IMG/VR virus record: IMGVR_UViG_3300026321_000001 | Source of the DNA: an uncultured virus (IMG/VR IMGVR_UViG_3300026321_000001) | Taxonomy: Duplodnaviria > Heunggongvirae > Uroviricota > Caudoviricetes | Direction: 5' to 3' (one strand) | DNA length: 64,000 nt | In this document: positions 48,045 through 58,270 of the stretch, one piece after another | Position numbering within the stretch: position 1 is the first letter of the stretch | Layout of the letters: each line of letters opens with the position of its first letter | Position numbers and translations under genes: made by a program | The notes under the pieces: model-generated | The model's database searches: none | What the model was told of the DNA's origin: nothing | The model's input: the letters and a program-made list of their open reading frames with translations, nothing else

Positions 48045-48425
48045 TCAGAAGGTGAACTTACCACCTAACTTTGCGCCCCAGTCGATGATGCCATCGCCAG
48101 AAGAATCTTCGTTAGTGATTCCAGAGAGTTCTCCGTAAACACCGAATGATTCTGTAGCAGCGATAGAAACTCCAACCTTACCAGAGAATTCTGTCTCTGT
48201 ATCGGCACCGTCCTTAGCTACTATAGCAGGACCACCTTGGACGTAATATCCGACCTTACCTTCTCCACCTTCGTATCCGATATGAGCATCGGTCGTAGCA
48301 GTACTGTAATCTCCGTCTGGATAAGAAACGTTAGCTTCTACATTCACATATGGACCAGCAAAAGCGGCTCCAGCGAGTAGAAAAGGGCTTGCTGCGATAG
48401 CAGCGATTGTTGATTTGATAGACAT
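48045..48425 (-). CDS. Small outer-membrane beta-barrel-like protein
   Basis: Signal peptide, alternating beta-strand pattern and C-terminal Phe (GGKFTF). Confidence 0.7.
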   Translation of the reverse strand: MSIKSTIAAIAASPFLLAGAAFAGPYVNVEANVSYPDGDYSTATTDAHIGYEGGEGKVGYYVQGGPAIVAKDGADTETEFSGKVGVSIAATESFGVYGELSGITNEDSSGDGIIDWGAKLGGKFTF

Positions 48426-48439
48426 TGTAGTAGTTAGTG

Positions 48440-48536
48440 TCTCGCATAGGGACTAAAAAACCCCCTGCGGATGATAGCACCCCCGACAAGGGTACTGTTT
48501 TCATTCAACACAAGGGTTACGATTATTTCGAGTCCT
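48440..48536 (-). ncRNA. Candidate structured 5' leader
   Basis: Hairpins AGTACCCT/GGGGTGCT and CGCAGGGG...TCCCTATGCG just upstream of the ATG. Confidence 0.45.
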
Positions 48537-48565
48537 GATGTTAGCGTTACGTTTCGTAACGATGT

Positions 48566-48630
48566 TATTTATAATAGTTTGGGGGTACGGTTTTAGTCAA
48601 CCCCCCTTGTGACAGTTACGTAACTGGCAC
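48566..48630 (-). promoter_or_regulatory. Composite promoter: palindrome + TTGACT/TATTAT + late TATAAATA
   Basis: GTGCCAGTTACGTAACTGTCAC, TTGACT-18-TATTAT, overlapping TATAAATA. Confidence 0.6.
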
Positions 48631-48631
48631 A

Positions 48632-48868
48632 CTATACTTCAACTTTTGTAGGTAGGTCACTGCATTCACGGATTGGAACCATCCTAATGAACTGCTCGTT
48701 CATATTATAGAACAACTTATAGTTATCAGTGGACACATAGTATCCAGTGATATCATTGCCATCACAATGCCAACCATATGCTGTGACTCTTTCTTTACAT
48801 CCATCAATGAGTAACCTCTTGTTAGGGTCAGTCAGGTATGAATGGTAGCGATCATCTAAATTAATCAT
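48632..48868 (-). CDS. Conserved cyanophage hypothetical protein
   Basis: MINLDDRYHSYL...YGWHCDG. Confidence 0.7.
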   Translation of the reverse strand: MINLDDRYHSYLTDPNKRLLIDGCKERVTAYGWHCDGNDITGYYVSTDNYKLFYNMNEQFIRMVPIRECSDLPTKVEV

Positions 48869-48975
48869 CGTGGACCTCCTTTAGACGTGTCTGGCAGTAC
48901 TGAATTACTTCTTCACGATACTGTAATAGTTCATCATAGCATTCTTGATTGCGAGCACAATTCCTGAGTCGGTTA

Positions 48976-49242
48976 TCAGGTTTGTGTAGGCTCTCCATCA
49001 GGAGTGTCCACCCCGCTTGCTTCTGATCCTTGGTTGACATCTACCTCGTGTGTGGTTTCCTTAACATTATATATGCTATTGTCCAATCTTGCAACCTCTG
49101 CTAAGGGACTTTTGAAATATCTTCTGATTTTCTTAAGTTCCTTGTTCATTTTCTTCTGATCACCATCTGCTCTCTTCAATCCACGATTGATTGCTTGCAG
49201 TTCCATTGTTGACTTCATCAGTCTACGATCAGCAGCATCCAT
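48976..49242 (-). CDS. Hypothetical protein
   Basis: TAATG-coupled to the upstream gene. Confidence 0.65.
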   Translation of the reverse strand: MDAADRRLMKSTMELQAINRGLKRADGDQKKMNKELKKIRRYFKSPLAEVARLDNSIYNVKETTHEVDVNQGSEASGVDTPDGEPTQT

Positions 49243-52200
49243 TAATCTACCTCCTTGGCTAGGATATCAATCCACCTCTGTTGAGTTGGAATGTAACTGT
49301 TTTGATTACTATACCACACCTGAGAGTTTTTGTCGTGCATTGACTGGTAGATAGCATACCTTGCGTTACGTGTGAACCTAGCGTTAGTAGCATCTCTTAC
49401 CTGTACCTTCTTAGGTAGGTTAGTCTGCTTAGGATAATAAGGTGACTGTGGTTCCTTACCATTAGTATACTGTAACTGTTGAGGTGGCCATTGGATCTGC
49501 ATTGCTTGTCCTTCTGGATATCTCTTACCATAATTGAAGACAGAAGATAACTTTATGTTACCGAACCAACCATACTTTCTAAACTTATAAGTATCACCAT
49601 TCACATAGTAGTCCTGCCTGGTGACCCTTATACGGAGTCTGAAGTGCAGTCCTTTCTCATCCCTATAATCTGTATAGAAGAAGACATCATTGCCTAACAG
49701 AGACTGTTGTAGGTAGTACTGATGGAACGACTCAGCCTTACCTGTTTTATATCTAAAGAAACTACTAAAGATTGAATCCATATTCATTACGAACTCAGTA
49801 TTCTGTATGACCTGCTGATCTACCACCAAGATATTCAACTGTCTAGGTGTTGACTGATCTCTCTCGTGAGTAGACTGCAATGCAATGTCCTGTATCCTAC
49901 CTTGTGTACTGCTAGATGCAGGACATTCAATGTCATTGATAGCATTAACTTTATATCCTAAGTAGAATGATCCATAATTTGTATCGTCATCATCAGGATA
50001 CTTACCAACAAAGATCTTACCCTCATCATTAAGATCAAATCCACCTTGACCCCAGTCAAGTACAGAAGTCAACTTCCAATCAGTCTCTTCAGCTTCAGCA
50101 TCGTGCACTGTCCACTGAAGTTTGATTGATAAACCATTGTCAGCAGACGTATTAATATAACCTGTGTCACCATCACTCATATCCTTTACTGGTTTACGTC
50201 CAATTACTTTAACTTCACTAGCTTGATTAGCACCACGTATCTGTAGAGTATTATTTTGTACTACCTTACTAACAAGTACATTAGTATAATTCTCCTTAGT
50301 TATATCATCGTCACCATCATCTTCGAAGTTAAACAACTGTAAACTAACTGGTAGACCACAAGGTTCTGTTGGTTCTTGTGAACCTAAGTTACCATCGTTC
50401 TGTGCAGGGTTAGCATTTCTATAGGTACCTGACTGTGTAATCAATAGCATCTCCCAAGTGTTTAGAAACTTCTTAGTAGTAGCATCTCGTAAGGACATTG
50501 CAGGTGTCACCCTACCATTGTAGTGTCCTGTGTCTATAGAATCTAACTTCCAAGTGATACGGTCATCCTTAACAACACTGAATGATAATAAAGGTGTACC
50601 AATCTTCTTCCACTTACCTACATCCTCCTGTTTTGAATGTATCTGTACACCATTCTTCCATAAAGACCAAGTGAATTTAGTACAGTCACCCCAACCACCC
50701 GTCATACCACCGTGTGATCTAATCTCTAGGTCACCACTCTTAAGAGCAGTGACATTCTGTACTGTGTTTGAACTGAATGCAACAGTACCAGTACAAGTAG
50801 CACATCCATAGTCATTCTCAGCATCAACACGTCCACACTCAGTCATTGTCATTGCTACGTTATCAAATTGATCATCAAATATTCTGTCCTCACACTTATC
50901 AATAGATGTGATGTCCTCATAGACTGGGTTAGCACCCTTAGAGAACACATAACATTGTATTCCTTCGTAAAGATACTCACTGTCTCCGTAACGCAGGTGA
51001 TATGACTGTTTCATATCATCATAGTCATCGTCACCATTCAATAAGTCTTCCCAGTATTGCCACGTTCTATCAGGCCACTTAGTCATATCTTTATCACCTG
51101 AATTCAGATGCTTCTGAGAGAAGAAGGTATAGTTTGACTGTGCAGATGTACTCTGGTCTACTCTCCACCCATCATTGAGGGGGCTAAAAGTCACTGCATC
51201 ACCGTGAGAAGTTCCACGTCCATCTCCGTCAGGTATCATAAAGAATCCTAATTTGCAAGGGATGTATTGATTCAACTCATCTGCTGGTACTTTGTATGTG
51301 TACGTACCACTAGCATCAGTTGCGTTCTCTAGTATAACTCTACCGTGTACAGGTTCATCGTTAGCATTACATAGATAAAATCCCATCGTGTTGTCATATG
51401 ATGCTGATCCTTGACGACAGTTGAAAGTAAAGTTCAAATATGTTTCTGCTTTAGTTGTCAGTTGATAGTATCCCTCTTCTAGGTTTGCTTCAATAGGTAT
51501 CCCACCAATAGGAGTGATGGTATACATATGATCCTTACTCTCAGGGGAGTAATACCTATAAAGGGCCACAGGAGATTCTCCATCCATCAATTCTGATATC
51601 ATATCCTGTTTGTCTATGAACCCATAGAATAATATTTCATCCCGTGCACCAAAACCTTGAGCATCCATCGTTGCTTTCTCACCAACAGGATCAGTGGTGA
51701 GCATAGTATCTGGTTGAATAGATGAGTATGATCTGTACACAGGAACAGAACCACGTGATTGTTGCACAGTATGTGCATAGAACATTGGTCCAGTACCTTG
51801 TACTGAATACCCTGCTTTGTATTGCTGACTGGTTAAAGAATATGCGTGATCAGATGCTATGTTACTGGATAGTATAGAGAACCTACCATTAACATCTGAA
51901 CCGTGACCGTCTCTGAATACTATAGTTTTATTACTACCATACTCTGCGTTTGCTTCGATATTATATCCACCAGTGGGGTGTAAACCTGTATAAGTTATGG
52001 CGTAAGTTCCAGCCGTTAATGCTACTGTCTGTGTTGTTTTACCTCTAGTACCTGAACGTGTGAATGTAGCACCACCTACTGCAATAGTATCTACAGCAGT
52101 ACCAGCAGTCCACTGTTGATCCTTCCATCTATGTTCCAATGTAAGAAGACAAGTACCACTACCACTAACAGTAATAGTATCCTTGTCACTAAAGGTAGCA

Positions 52201-52802
52201 GTAGCTGTAGGAGTATCACCTAAGATGTGCTCATATATTCCCACTCTCTCTTGAACACAGTCTGCAACACATATCTTTTTCGTTGTACCATACATCGACT
52301 TAGGTACAAATGAATCACAGTCTGCTTTAGGTGGTTTCCAAGCACCACCAACATAAGGTTTGAACAAACAGTCAAGATGATTCTTAATACAATCTTCTAG
52401 GTCTGGATTCTTTTCTTTGTCACAAGATATCTCCTCTCCATTCTCTCCAAAACATACATCTCCACCACCAGGATCACCAACTCTAGGTATCTTATACCTT
52501 AACTTGTCCATCTCTGGTACTGGCCAACCGTGACCTATCAATTCATCTAAAAGATATCCCCAATCAATCTCCCATTCAGAAATATCATCATCTATTTCTG
52601 GGTCTTTAAAGTTAGGTCTCTGTATTGTCTGAGTACCATAACACTGACCAATAAGATCTTCTAGTACAGCAGCAACAGTGTTGGGGGATGGACTTCCATC
52701 GGGCGCACCAACAGGACCACCACCCGACGCAACTTGTTCTTCTTGTTGATCTACATCAGATGGATCGCAATTCTGTTCAAACCAGGCATTATTACTTGAC
52801 AA
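49242..52802 (-). CDS. Large multidomain, probably virion-associated protein
   Basis: 1186 aa, Cys-studded; VPVYRSY/VALYRYY repeats; WEDLLNGDDDYDD (DUF4114-like). Confidence 0.7.
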   Translation of the reverse strand: MSSNNAWFEQNCDPSDVDQQEEQVASGGGPVGAPDGSPSPNTVAAVLEDLIGQCYGTQTIQRPNFKDPEIDDDISEWEIDWGYLLDELIGHGWPVPEMDKLRYKIPRVGDPGGGDVCFGENGEEISCDKEKNPDLEDCIKNHLDCLFKPYVGGAWKPPKADCDSFVPKSMYGTTKKICVADCVQERVGIYEHILGDTPTATATFSDKDTITVSGSGTCLLTLEHRWKDQQWTAGTAVDTIAVGGATFTRSGTRGKTTQTVALTAGTYAITYTGLHPTGGYNIEANAEYGSNKTIVFRDGHGSDVNGRFSILSSNIASDHAYSLTSQQYKAGYSVQGTGPMFYAHTVQQSRGSVPVYRSYSSIQPDTMLTTDPVGEKATMDAQGFGARDEILFYGFIDKQDMISELMDGESPVALYRYYSPESKDHMYTITPIGGIPIEANLEEGYYQLTTKAETYLNFTFNCRQGSASYDNTMGFYLCNANDEPVHGRVILENATDASGTYTYKVPADELNQYIPCKLGFFMIPDGDGRGTSHGDAVTFSPLNDGWRVDQSTSAQSNYTFFSQKHLNSGDKDMTKWPDRTWQYWEDLLNGDDDYDDMKQSYHLRYGDSEYLYEGIQCYVFSKGANPVYEDITSIDKCEDRIFDDQFDNVAMTMTECGRVDAENDYGCATCTGTVAFSSNTVQNVTALKSGDLEIRSHGGMTGGWGDCTKFTWSLWKNGVQIHSKQEDVGKWKKIGTPLLSFSVVKDDRITWKLDSIDTGHYNGRVTPAMSLRDATTKKFLNTWEMLLITQSGTYRNANPAQNDGNLGSQEPTEPCGLPVSLQLFNFEDDGDDDITKENYTNVLVSKVVQNNTLQIRGANQASEVKVIGRKPVKDMSDGDTGYINTSADNGLSIKLQWTVHDAEAEETDWKLTSVLDWGQGGFDLNDEGKIFVGKYPDDDDTNYGSFYLGYKVNAINDIECPASSSTQGRIQDIALQSTHERDQSTPRQLNILVVDQQVIQNTEFVMNMDSIFSSFFRYKTGKAESFHQYYLQQSLLGNDVFFYTDYRDEKGLHFRLRIRVTRQDYYVNGDTYKFRKYGWFGNIKLSSVFNYGKRYPEGQAMQIQWPPQQLQYTNGKEPQSPYYPKQTNLPKKVQVRDATNARFTRNARYAIYQSMHDKNSQVWYSNQNSYIPTQQRWIDILAKEVD

Positions 52803-52826
52803 TTAATTAGAACGCAGGTCTCCGTC

Positions 52827-53501
52827 CTATTTAGGACAATCAAATAAGATATTATCTATGTAATCTCTTGCCCATTGGGTATCAAACCATCTAGATAGCA
52901 CGGCAATTGTTTTCTCATTCTTTTGCTGCTGTTTACAGTACCAGATTTGATCATCCATCCTATTCATTTCATTGATCCAGTCAGTGTCTAGTTCAATCTG
53001 TTCTACTAGACCACAATATACTGTCAGGATCTGTGACAGTAGTGAACAATAGTCAACCCTCTCTTGATGTGTGGTCAACCTCATAAACTTACAATGAGGT
53101 GAGAAGATCTCGTCACCCCACAATGGTAGTGCTCTACGGTTAGTAAACCTAAATCGATTACAGATCTTAGCGATCGCTGGATAGATATCTATCTGATTCA
53201 GATGGGCAACTGGAGATACATCAATAATTGCAGCAGTAACCGTCTTGTCGTTGGCCACGATGTCGCAACCGAAAATAGGAAGAGGGTAAGCAGGATCAGG
53301 AAAGAAGACACAGTGTAATACCTCAAGGTAATCAGTCTTGCCTGTCTCCAGATGGAGCTTACGCAGACCAGGACATCTCCACATCTCATTGTAGATGTGG
53401 ACATCATCTTTGTGGACCTCAGGGAACTCATTATCCAATGGTGAAATTGGAAGAGTCCCCACAGCTCCACGAATTATTTCAGCAACATCATTAACTATCA
53501 T
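52827..53501 (-). CDS. pcyA: Phycocyanobilin:ferredoxin oxidoreductase
   Basis: LRKLHLE, LHCVFFPDP, PIFGCDIV, LPLWG.IFS, QQQKNEKT. Confidence 0.92.
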   Translation of the reverse strand: MIVNDVAEIIRGAVGTLPISPLDNEFPEVHKDDVHIYNEMWRCPGLRKLHLETGKTDYLEVLHCVFFPDPAYPLPIFGCDIVANDKTVTAAIIDVSPVAHLNQIDIYPAIAKICNRFRFTNRRALPLWGDEIFSPHCKFMRLTTHQERVDYCSLLSQILTVYCGLVEQIELDTDWINEMNRMDDQIWYCKQQQKNEKTIAVLSRWFDTQWARDYIDNILFDCPK

Positions 53502-53727
53502 CTTCAGTGAACTTCGTTAGTTCGTAGTACTTATTGTAGAGTTCACCCATCTTAGGTTCAGTGGAACGTGACTTCCACATCTGTCTAAGGATGAGTTTGA
53601 ACTCATCCATAGGCACTACAATGGAAAGAGATCCATTGGTATAGGGTGGAGTATGTAGTGGATCATCATCAAAGATGCCACCATCAGGATCATTATCTAC
53701 CATTCGCTTTCCGTTCCTTAATCTCAT
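53491..53727 (-). CDS. Conserved hypothetical protein
   Basis: ILRQMWKSRSTEP. Confidence 0.6.
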   Translation of the reverse strand: MRLRNGKRMVDNDPDGGIFDDDPLHTPPYTNGSLSIVVPMDEFKLILRQMWKSRSTEPKMGELYNKYYELTKFTEDDS

Positions 53728-53968
53728 TCGCTAGAACCATCTGTTGTTCTGGATCAGTAACGTTTTCTATCATCATAGTTTTTCTTGAAGGTGGCTTCTG
53801 TCTCTGCATCTCACACCTGATGTGACCTGCTGCTTTGCCTACAGCATCAAGTGTTCCTAGATGCATTTTCCACTCGCCTTTCTCAGCCTTATGGATGGCG
53901 GTTTCACACAACTTCACAGCTACCTTGAGTTGTGCATTGGAAACGCTTGTAGTTTGTACTTTGCTCAT
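53693..53968 (-). CDS. Hypothetical protein
   Basis: ATGA overlap with purC. Confidence 0.6.
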   Translation of the reverse strand: MSKVQTTSVSNAQLKVAVKLCETAIHKAEKGEWKMHLGTLDAVGKAAGHIRCEMQRQKPPSRKTMMIENVTDPEQQMVLANEIKERKANGR

Positions 53969-54660
53969 ACGAATTGTCTCAGTTGGGTGAGGATCTGTTT
54001 GTACGCATCTACTATAGCACCTTCTCCCTTTCTAAACAAGTCCTTGTCGAAACGTTCTCTGGTTCCTTTTTTCCAGAGTCGCATATTGTCAGGTGATAAT
54101 TCATCAGCCAAGAATAGATCGCCGTGAGCATCGTAACCAAACTCCAATTTAAAATCTACAAGATCCATACCACAGAGGGTAAACAATGATTGTAATTGGA
54201 AATTAATATCCTGTGTAAGTACAATCAAAGGTGTAGGGTCGTGACCCATCAACCTAACCCTATCCATAGTAAGTAATGGATCATCCTTACTATCATCTTT
54301 CAAGAAGAACTCAACGATAGGTGGTTGTATTAAGGTACCTTCAGTAATAGTAGTAGTCCTAACAATAGAACCTGCTGCTATGTTCCTACAGATAACCTCA
54401 AGGGGAATGATAGTGAGCTTCTTACACTCCATCATATCCAACTTAGGCAATCCTATGTAGTGAGTTTTGATACCATTCTTTGCCAGCATCTCAAATAATA
54501 ATGCTGATATCAAAGCACAAGTCTTACCTTTATCTTCAGGGAACTCCACCTTCCTGCCGTTACCAGCAGTTACTTTATCGTGGAACATCATCATCACCTT
54601 TTCAGGTTCACCATCGATCTCATAAACCGACTTGACTTTTCCCTCGTGTAAAAGATTCAT
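53965..54660 (-). CDS. purC: SAICAR synthetase
   Basis: EGKVKSVY, IPLEVICRNIAAGS, DFKLEFG, LADELSPD.MRLW. Confidence 0.95.
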   Translation of the reverse strand: MNLLHEGKVKSVYEIDGEPEKVMMMFHDKVTAGNGRKVEFPEDKGKTCALISALLFEMLAKNGIKTHYIGLPKLDMMECKKLTIIPLEVICRNIAAGSIVRTTTITEGTLIQPPIVEFFLKDDSKDDPLLTMDRVRLMGHDPTPLIVLTQDINFQLQSLFTLCGMDLVDFKLEFGYDAHGDLFLADELSPDNMRLWKKGTRERFDKDLFRKGEGAIVDAYKQILTQLRQFV

Positions 54661-55172
54661 AATGCATTAATAACTAACGGTAAAAGGGTGTGCTCTGCTT
54701 GTTGTACTGCTCTAGTGACAGTCTCTACAGTATCACCTGGAAGAATAGGAACTATCTGCTGTTTAATAACAGCACCTGAATCTAATTCTTCTGTAACAAA
54801 GTGAACAGAACAACCTGTCTCTGATTCACCTGCCTTGATTGCTTGCTCTATAGCGTGCAATCCTTTGTACTTTGGTAGTAAAGAGGGGTGTAAATTAATT
54901 ATTCGTCCTGGAAAAGCTTCAACAAACTTCTTCGAGACTACTCTCATCCACCCTGCCATTACTATCAGGTCAATGTTGTAAGCATCAAAGAGAGCAATGA
55001 TTTCATCTTCATCCTTACTGTAACAGGATGAGATGTTTAATCTATCTGCTCTCTTCTTTGCCTTAGCTTTCTTCTTGTTGTACACCATTATCACAACCTC
55101 GTGGTCGGGACAAGAGTGTACGATGTTCTCGAAATTCGTTCCGTTGCCAGAACACATTACTCCTAATCGCAT
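54657..55172 (-). CDS. purN: Phosphoribosylglycinamide formyltransferase
   Basis: SGNGTN, AGWMR, NLHPSLLP, GCSVH, DSG. Confidence 0.95.
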   Translation of the reverse strand: MRLGVMCSGNGTNFENIVHSCPDHEVVIMVYNKKKAKAKKRADRLNISSCYSKDEDEIIALFDAYNIDLIVMAGWMRVVSKKFVEAFPGRIINLHPSLLPKYKGLHAIEQAIKAGESETGCSVHFVTEELDSGAVIKQQIVPILPGDTVETVTRAVQQAEHTLLPLVINAL

Positions 55173-55298
55173 ATCAATGAGGGTTGTAACGTTGGATAAC
55201 TGAGTATACTATCACTGTGCATATTAAAGCGATGCAGATGATAGGTAAGATAAGATGCATTGGTGTGCTGGATTAACTGTACCAGTATAGCACCTGAG

Positions 55299-55595
55299 TC
55301 AACCCACTAGGTCAGATTGATAACCTTCGTAAGGTGGCTCCTCCTCTTCTACACTGTGCTTGAACGGTTCAGTGTCAAAGTAAGTATGATAATTCATCTT
55401 ACCTTCACGTTCATCCAGTACCTCATTGATTAGGATCTTCATCTCCCTTGCATAGGATGGAGTGAAGAGTCTACGAGGTTTAATGATAGCAGGTTTGTAT
55501 ACCTGAGGTCCTGTTGGACCTTTGTAATTAGGATCTGCTGGTGCACCCATTCCCTGAGTGTCTATGTAAGATCCTGGTATTGGTTTGTCACCCAT
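55299..55595 (-). CDS. Conserved hypothetical protein
   Basis: IDTQGMG...EMKILINEVLDER. Confidence 0.65.
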   Translation of the reverse strand: MGDKPIPGSYIDTQGMGAPADPNYKGPTGPQVYKPAIIKPRRLFTPSYAREMKILINEVLDEREGKMNYHTYFDTEPFKHSVEEEEPPYEGYQSDLVG

Positions 55596-56034
55596 TGGCT
55601 CTTTGTGTAAAGTCTATGCCTTCCATATGATCATACTCGTGTAAGAATATACGAGCAGTCAAACCAGACAATTTAACCTTATGTATATTCTTTTCTTCAT
55701 CCTCATATTTAATGGTGACAGCAAAAGGTCTGGTGATTTTTAATGTTAGATCAGGATATGATAAACACCCTTCATCCATAGCGTGTTCTACTACAGATGT
55801 CTTTAAGATCCTAGGGTTGTATAAAGTAAGAGTAGCACCTGATTCTATGTCACTAACCATTACAAAGGCACGTTCCTTTATACCTATCTGATTAGCAGAG
55901 AGACCTATACCATTATGGTATAACATATTCTCATTCAATGTCAGTGATAAGTCTTTGCGATCCAAATTGTAACTACACTTCTTGATACGTTTGTGTAGTA
56001 AAGGATTCTCAGATGGTATTAAATCGTAGATCAT
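55588..56034 (-). CDS. def: Peptide deformylase
   Basis: GIGLSANQIG, EGCLS, HEYDHMEG. Confidence 0.95.
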   Translation of the reverse strand: MIYDLIPSENPLLHKRIKKCSYNLDRKDLSLTLNENMLYHNGIGLSANQIGIKERAFVMVSDIESGATLTLYNPRILKTSVVEHAMDEGCLSYPDLTLKITRPFAVTIKYEDEEKNIHKVKLSGLTARIFLHEYDHMEGIDFTQRANG

Positions 56035-56234
56035 TTTCTTAGTACCCAATCCTCAGCATAGTTTTCTGCGTCACTGAGGTATGTAAAATTTTTAGTGCTT
56101 GATGTAGCAACACGTTCAAAGTATTGCTTAGTGGTCTTAGGTTCTGGTTCAGAATACTCTACACATAGAACATTATATTTTGGAATGATCCTCGCTTCCC
56201 TCAGACCATCGTTGCTGTAGTAGTTTGATTCCAT
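56031..56234 (-). CDS. Hypothetical protein (MESNYYSND...)
   Basis: Start re-assigned downstream of the psbA terminator; AENYAEDWVL. Confidence 0.65.
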   Translation of the reverse strand: MESNYYSNDGLREARIIPKYNVLCVEYSEPEPKTTKQYFERVATSSTKNFTYLSDAENYAEDWVLRK

Positions 56235-56260
56235 AAAAAAAGGGACTGTAGCAGTCCCTT
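56235..56260 (-). terminator. psbA terminator
   Basis: GGGACTG-CTA-CAGTCCC followed by a T-run. Confidence 0.8.
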
Positions 56261-56283
56261 TATATATTGAGTTTGAAGTGGTG

Positions 56284-57366
56284 TCAACCGATAGCGGGTG
56301 CAAGTAGTGCAACCTCGGTAGTCTCAGCAGCAGCAAGATCAAGAGGGAAGTTATGAGCATTACGCTCGTGCATCACTTCCATACCTAAGTTTGCTCTGTT
56401 CAGTACGTCACCCCAAGTTGGTACAACTTTTCCATTCGCATCAATGATGGATTGGTTAAAGTTAAACCCATTCAAGTTGAATGCCATCGTACATATACCC
56501 ATTGATGTCAGCCATATACAGACGACTGGGAATGTAGCAAGGAAGAAGTGTAATGATCGTGAGTTGTTGAAAGAAGCATACTGGAATATTAGTCTACCAA
56601 AGTACCCGTGGGCGGCGACGATGTTGTATGTTTCTTCCTCTTGACCGAACTTGTATCCGTAGTTTTGTGATTCATTCTCGGTGGTCTCCCTGATTAGAGA
56701 CGACGTAACAAGTGAACCGTGCATAGCACTGAACAATGAACCACCGAACATACCTGCGACACCTGCCATATGGAAGGGGTGCATCAGAATATTATGTTCA
56801 GCCTGGAACACAAACATAAAGTTAAATGTTCCCGATATACCTAACGGCATACCATCTGAGAAACTTCCTTGTCCAAAAGGATACACTAGGAACACTGCGA
56901 ATGCAGCAGATACTGGTGCAGAATATGCAACACAGATCCAAGGTCTCATACCTAAACGGTATGATAGTTCCCACTGTCTACCCATATAGGCAGAGATTCC
57001 AATAAGGAAGTGGAAGATTACCAACTGATATGGACCTCCATTATACAACCACTCATCTAGAGTAGCAGCTTCCCAGATGGGATAGAAGTGTAGTCCAATT
57101 GCGTTGGAAGATGGAACGACAGCACCAGAGATGATGTTGTTACCATATAAGAATGAACCTGCAACAGGTTCACGGATCCCATCGATATCGACAGGAGGAG
57201 CAGCTATAAATGCTATGATGAAACAAGTAGCGGCAGCTAACAAGCAAGGAATCATTAAAACTCCAAACCAACCAACATAAATTCGGTTGTTTGTACTTGT
57301 TACCCAGTCGCAAAACTCGTCCCAATTCTTAAGCGGGCTGCTCTGTGTTTTAGACAGAGTTGTCAT
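56284..57366 (-). CDS. psbA: Photosystem II D1 protein
   Basis: Full-length D1 ([32 protein letters not shown]), no intron. Confidence 0.99.
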   Translation of the reverse strand: MTTLSKTQSSPLKNWDEFCDWVTSTNNRIYVGWFGVLMIPCLLAAATCFIIAFIAAPPVDIDGIREPVAGSFLYGNNIISGAVVPSSNAIGLHFYPIWEAATLDEWLYNGGPYQLVIFHFLIGISAYMGRQWELSYRLGMRPWICVAYSAPVSAAFAVFLVYPFGQGSFSDGMPLGISGTFNFMFVFQAEHNILMHPFHMAGVAGMFGGSLFSAMHGSLVTSSLIRETTENESQNYGYKFGQEEETYNIVAAHGYFGRLIFQYASFNNSRSLHFFLATFPVVCIWLTSMGICTMAFNLNGFNFNQSIIDANGKVVPTWGDVLNRANLGMEVMHERNAHNFPLDLAAAETTEVALLAPAIG

Positions 57367-57397
57367 TAAAAATGAGTGCGATTTTACTTGTTATGAT

Positions 57398-57490
57398 AAG
57401 ACATTATGACCCCGTGGTCTTGGTTAGGGGGTATGTATGAGGGTGGGATACATATGCTGCTTGTACTCAGCCCCATTGTATCATCGGGGG
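57398..57490 (-). ncRNA. Tandem pseudoknot leader of psbA (PhotoRC-like)
   Basis: Two CCCC/GGGG stems whose loops (GATACA; AAGAC) match downstream TGTATC and GTCTT. Confidence 0.6.
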
Positions 57491-57566
57491 GACTTATTTG
57501 TGTTCAGAACTACCCAGCCACGCATAAATGCGATTCATCGGTTCGGTCTTGCCCTTGCACCCGTCC

Positions 57567-57600
57567 TATTTATTGTATCATAATGTTAAGTCAATGTCCA
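57567..57600 (-). promoter_or_regulatory. psbA promoter (sigma70 + late-like)
   Basis: TGGACA-17-TACAAT overlapping ATAAATA. Confidence 0.55.
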
Positions 57601-57896
57601 CCATAAGGGTCATTGATATCATCATAGATCTCTTCCTCTGGTCTTGGTGGCAACTGAATCTTCTCAGATCCACCACCTAACTGCTCTGATCCACCTACAG
57701 CAAAAGGATTGTACTTTGCAGTAGCAATCCTATACATCTTTTCGTGTATCGTTATCTCTTCTTCCTCTTGATCCACACCTGGAGGTTGTATCTCCGAGGG
57801 TGATGTGTCAATAGGTTCTTTGTCAGTTGCAATAGGCATAGAGTCTAATGGATTATCAAACCAATCATCGTGAGGTATAATCGGTAGTCCCATCAT
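57591..57896 (-). CDS. Hypothetical protein
   Basis: HEKMYRIAT..YNPFAVGGSE. Confidence 0.65.
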   Translation of the reverse strand: MMGLPIIPHDDWFDNPLDSMPIATDKEPIDTSPSEIQPPGVDQEEEEITIHEKMYRIATAKYNPFAVGGSEQLGGGSEKIQLPPRPEEEIYDDINDPYGGH

Positions 57897-58246
57897 CCTA
57901 GTTCAGTAACGTCTCCTGTAACTCCTGCTGGAGTCTTAGGTGGTGAATCTATATGAATTGTACCGTGTAATGGTTGATGCTGGTGCTCAAGAAGATGATC
58001 TAACTTACGTTCGATAGATTCAAGTCTATCAATCATCTCTGGATGAGGTGCGTGTGATGCTGGTGGAAGGTCGATAGTAAATGTACTTCCGTCACCTGCT
58101 GGTGGATATGCGTGTGCATATGCTGGATCAACCCCAGTATCTAATGTGATGTTAGGATCTATTCCTGTTATTGGATCAGGTAATAGTCCAGGTGTTGTAG
58201 TAACCTCAGTACCTGGTACTGGATTAGTTCCTGCTGAGTCTGTCAT
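57893..58246 (-). CDS. Hypothetical Pro-rich protein
   Basis: CTAAATA late-type promoter at 58268. Confidence 0.6.
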   Translation of the reverse strand: MTDSAGTNPVPGTEVTTTPGLLPDPITGIDPNITLDTGVDPAYAHAYPPAGDGSTFTIDLPPASHAPHPEMIDRLESIERKLDHLLEHQHQPLHGTIHIDSPPKTPAGVTGDVTELG

Positions 58247-58270
58247 CGTGGAAATTTGGTAGTAAAATAT

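Noticed and set aside
56031..56360. 109 aa ORF overlapping the psbA 3' end
   Set aside because: The upstream extension crosses the terminator; the real start is more likely at 56234
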